Below are positions 61,237 through 64,000 of a stretch of DNA of 64,000 bases, piece after piece. The first letter of the stretch is position 1. Every line of letters starts with the position of its first letter. Origin of the DNA: Candidatus Saccharimonadales bacterium (GTDB lineage: Bacteria > Patescibacteriota > Saccharimonadia > Saccharimonadales > JAYRRP01); assembly GCA_041910055.1 (NCBI GenBank), contig JAYRRP010000004.1:67804-131803 (forward strand), given 5' to 3'. The notes under the pieces were generated by a model. That model was given only the letters and a program-made list of their open reading frames with translations, did not search any database and was not told the DNA's origin. The position numbers were made by a program, and so were the translations under genes.

Positions 61237-62613
61237 ATGGGGCAAGTGTTATACAGGAAATACCGGTCACGTAATTTTGATGAAGTCGTCGGACAAGATC
61301 ATATTGTCCAGGCCCTCAAAAATTCGCTCAAATCTGGCAAAATCAGCCATGCTTATCTTTTTACTGGGCCGCGTGGTGTAGGAAAGACTAGCATTGCCCG
61401 CATCTTAGCACACGCAGTGAACGACTTGGACTACCAGAACGAGAGCACTAATATCGACATAATAGAAATCGATGCGGCCAGCAATCGTCGTATCGACGAA
61501 ATCCGTGATTTACGGGAGAAAGCCCGCGTTCTGCCGGTGGCTGCCAAATACAAGGTGTACATTATCGACGAAGTTCACATGCTGACTCGCGAGGCCTTTA
61601 ATGCACTCCTTAAAACGCTCGAAGAGCCTCCCGCACATGTCGTATTTATTTTAGCTACCACTGAGGCCCACAAGTTGCCAGCAACCATCATTAGCCGTAC
61701 CCAACGCTACTCATTTAAGCCAATTGCTGCGAACATTATGAATAAACACCTGGTACTCATTGCGAAACGTGAGAACATAGAGATCGAACCACCAGCGCTT
61801 GAGATTATCGCCAAACAAGCCGACGGAAGTTTCCGCGATGCAATTAGTCTTTTGGATCAAACCCGCGGCCTCTCCTCACCAATAGATGTGTCTCAGGTAC
61901 AGTCATTACTTGGCGTTATGCCTGAAACAAGTGTTGATAATCTACTCGAGCTATTACGTGAAGGTGACGGCGCCAAACTCAGTCATAGTTTGCAAGATTT
62001 AGCACGGCAATCATACAACCCGGTCACATTAAGTAACCAAATCATTCAACGATTACGCCAACAATTATTGGCTTCAAATAGCCGCGAAGAACAATTAAGA
62101 CTGTTAAGCCTTTCACACAAACTTCTTAAGGTACCCTCCCAAGCTCAACCATTGCACTACCTTGAACTGATTCTGCTGGAAGAAGCGCTCGGCAAAACCT
62201 CTGTAAACACAGATAGTAAGCCGAGACAAGCAAACCCGGAAACCACACCGCATCAAAAGACCGCTACCGCCAAAAGAGTTAAACAAGCTAAACTTGATGA
62301 ACAATTATGGTCGTCAGTTTTAGAAACAATTAAGGAGCACCACAACACGCTCTACGGCATATTGAGGATGGGAAGTGCAAATTTCGAGGGGGCCGTGCTG
62401 GTCTTAAGTTTTGAATTTCCATTTCACCAACGTCGAATTTCAGAAACGAAAAACAAGCAAATAATTATTGAGACTATCCAGAAATTATGCGGCCAAACGG
62501 TCACCATAGAATGCCGCATCCATAAACCAACCACTGCCGCCCCTACAAACGAAAATATTGCCCTTCAAACGATAAGCAATATTTTTGGTGATGCAGAAGT
62601 GCTAGACTCGTAA
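61237..62613 (+). CDS. dnaX: DNA polymerase III subunit gamma/tau (short form)
   Basis: 458 aa; 'HAYLFTGPRGVGKTSIARILA', 'IIDEVHMLT', sensor motifs; lacks the long tau C-terminal domains. Confidence 0.9.
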   Translation: MGQVLYRKYRSRNFDEVVGQDHIVQALKNSLKSGKISHAYLFTGPRGVGKTSIARILAHAVNDLDYQNESTNIDIIEIDAASNRRIDEIRDLREKARVLPVAAKYKVYIIDEVHMLTREAFNALLKTLEEPPAHVVFILATTEAHKLPATIISRTQRYSFKPIAANIMNKHLVLIAKRENIEIEPPALEIIAKQADGSFRDAISLLDQTRGLSSPIDVSQVQSLLGVMPETSVDNLLELLREGDGAKLSHSLQDLARQSYNPVTLSNQIIQRLRQQLLASNSREEQLRLLSLSHKLLKVPSQAQPLHYLELILLEEALGKTSVNTDSKPRQANPETTPHQKTATAKRVKQAKLDEQLWSSVLETIKEHHNTLYGILRMGSANFEGAVLVLSFEFPFHQRRISETKNKQIIIETIQKLCGQTVTIECRIHKPTTAAPTNENIALQTISNIFGDAEVLDS

Positions 62614-62631
62614 ATTATAGGTAGGAAGAAT

Positions 62632-63996
62632 ATGCCAAACGGGCCCGATGACGCCATAATACCGCCGCAGAACACAGAAGCAGAGGCTAGCCTGCTGGGA
62701 GCTTTGCTAATAGACAGTGACGCGATTGTGAAAATCGCCGACCAACTGACACCAGGCGATTTTTATGACCCAAAACACCAGCATATCTACGAGGCAGCCA
62801 AACAACTTTATGATAAACACAGTCCAATTGACGTACTAACTCTCTCTGACCAGCTTAAATCCAATGACATGCTTGAAGAGGTAGGGGGAGCCGCCTATTT
62901 AACTGAGCTGACAAATTTTGTGCCAACTGCTGCTCATATCGAAAAATATGCTGAAATTGTTGCCCAAAAGTCTTTACGGCGACGTCTTATAAAAGCTTCA
63001 CAGGAGATCGTTACCCTCGGCTATAACGAAGCCGAAAACCTGCCAGACCTCATCGAACAAGCTGAAAGCCGTCTTTTTGAGGTTAGCCAGCGCCACGTTA
63101 AACAAGACGTAACCAGTTTGGAATCAATTCTCTCAGAGAGCTTTGACCGGCTGGACGAGCTACATAAAGATAAAGATAAAATCCGTGGTATTCCGACCGG
63201 TTTTAAAGACCTCGATAATATTCTTGCCGGACTGCAACAATCAGATCTTTTCATTCTTGCTGCCCGGCCTTCGATGGGGAAAACGGCACTCGCCCTCAAT
63301 ATTGCTCACAATGTTTCCTTAGGTGCCAAACAACCAGTCTTACTTTTCAGTTTAGAAATGAGCAAAGAACAGCTTGTGGACCGAATGCTGGCAATGGAAT
63401 CAGGCGTCCACGCCTGGGCCCTTCGGACCGGCAATTTATCTGATTCAGATTTTGAAAAAATTGGTCAGGCTATGGGAGCTTTGAGCGAAGCCAGTATTTA
63501 TATCGATGATACTCCTAGCATCACAGTGAGTGAACTGCGCACGAAGGCGCGTCGTGAGGCTCATAAACACCAGCTTGGCCTGATTATTGTCGACTACTTG
63601 CAACTAATGAGTGGGGGCTCCCGCTTCAGCGGTGACGGTAACCGAGTCCAAGAAATCACTGAAATATCAAGAGGACTCAAGAGCATCGCGCGCGAGCTGA
63701 ACGTGTCGTTAATTGCGCTAAGCCAGCTCAGTCGTTCAGTCGAAAGTCGTAGTCCACAAATCCCGCAACTACAAGATCTTAGGGAATCAGGCTCAATCGA
63801 ACAAGACGCGGATGTAGTTGCTTTTATTTACCGAGAGGACTACTACAATCCAGAGACTGAGCGTCGTAACTTAACTGATATCCTGATTAAGAAACACCGT
63901 AATGGGCCAACCGGAGGTGTTGAACTTTTCTTCGACCGCGAAACCCAACGTTTCCGAAGTCTGGACAAAAAACACACTCAACCGTTTGCCGACTAA
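62632..63996 (+). CDS. dnaB: replicative DNA helicase DnaB
   Basis: 454 aa; Walker A 'ARPSMGKTALALNIA', 'IIVDYLQLM', 'SQLSR' motifs. Confidence 0.95.
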   Translation: MPNGPDDAIIPPQNTEAEASLLGALLIDSDAIVKIADQLTPGDFYDPKHQHIYEAAKQLYDKHSPIDVLTLSDQLKSNDMLEEVGGAAYLTELTNFVPTAAHIEKYAEIVAQKSLRRRLIKASQEIVTLGYNEAENLPDLIEQAESRLFEVSQRHVKQDVTSLESILSESFDRLDELHKDKDKIRGIPTGFKDLDNILAGLQQSDLFILAARPSMGKTALALNIAHNVSLGAKQPVLLFSLEMSKEQLVDRMLAMESGVHAWALRTGNLSDSDFEKIGQAMGALSEASIYIDDTPSITVSELRTKARREAHKHQLGLIIVDYLQLMSGGSRFSGDGNRVQEITEISRGLKSIARELNVSLIALSQLSRSVESRSPQIPQLQDLRESGSIEQDADVVAFIYREDYYNPETERRNLTDILIKKHRNGPTGGVELFFDRETQRFRSLDKKHTQPFAD

Positions 63997-64000
63997 ACCA

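Overview
This 64-kb window is a gene-dense, almost entirely plus-strand core-genome region of a small bacterial genome, dominated by the translation and transcription apparatus. The composition looks like a Candidate Phyla Radiation (CPR) or Saccharibacteria-like lineage; this is an inference only.

Genes, in order. The 5' block carries recG, rsmD, tRNA-Leu(TAG), hisS, tig and clpP. A contiguous ~28-kb super-operon follows: rpoB-rpoC-rpsL-rpsG-fusA-tuf, the S10, spc and alpha ribosomal-protein operons with secY, infA and rpoA, then rplQ, rplM and rpsI. Downstream are trpS, an RluA-family pseudouridine synthase, a holB-like gene, a TPR protein, a tRNA-Thr/Tyr/Thr cluster and rpmG. The only minus-strand island holds an alpha-glucan or trehalose gene set (GT4 / GH57 / GH15), a large secreted protein, pyrE-pyrF and tRNA-Trp. 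The plus strand then resumes with a kinase / YgjP-like hydrolase / orphan PAS histidine kinase trio, secE-nusG-rplK-rplA, a thymidylate island, rplJ-rplL, dnaX and dnaB. Standard genetic code: TGA is used as a stop. No CRISPR array, transposase, integrase or rRNA gene was found.

Most notable observations:
1. A thymidylate-synthesis island (tmk, dcd and a ~790-aa fusion of a dTMP-kinase-like domain with tandem ThyX-like domains), plus a 406-aa unknown protein, sits between rplKA and rplJL.
2. Small unannotatable ORFs appear to be inserted into otherwise universally conserved operon junctions: rpsG|fusA, tuf|rpsJ, rpsJ|rplC and rplK|rplA. The first and last are translationally coupled to their neighbours.
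3. rplA appears to carry an ~88-aa K/A/E-rich N-terminal extension.
4. A near-perfect CIRCE (HrcA operator) inverted repeat lies in the clpP promoter region.
5. A terminator/antiterminator-like structure lies immediately upstream of trpS.
6. rpmD (L30), adk and map are absent from the spc-operon tail.
7. The thrU-tyrU-glyT-thrT-like tRNA cluster has a small protein gene where glyT would be.

All functional calls are from reading the translated ORFs and the DNA. No database search was run.
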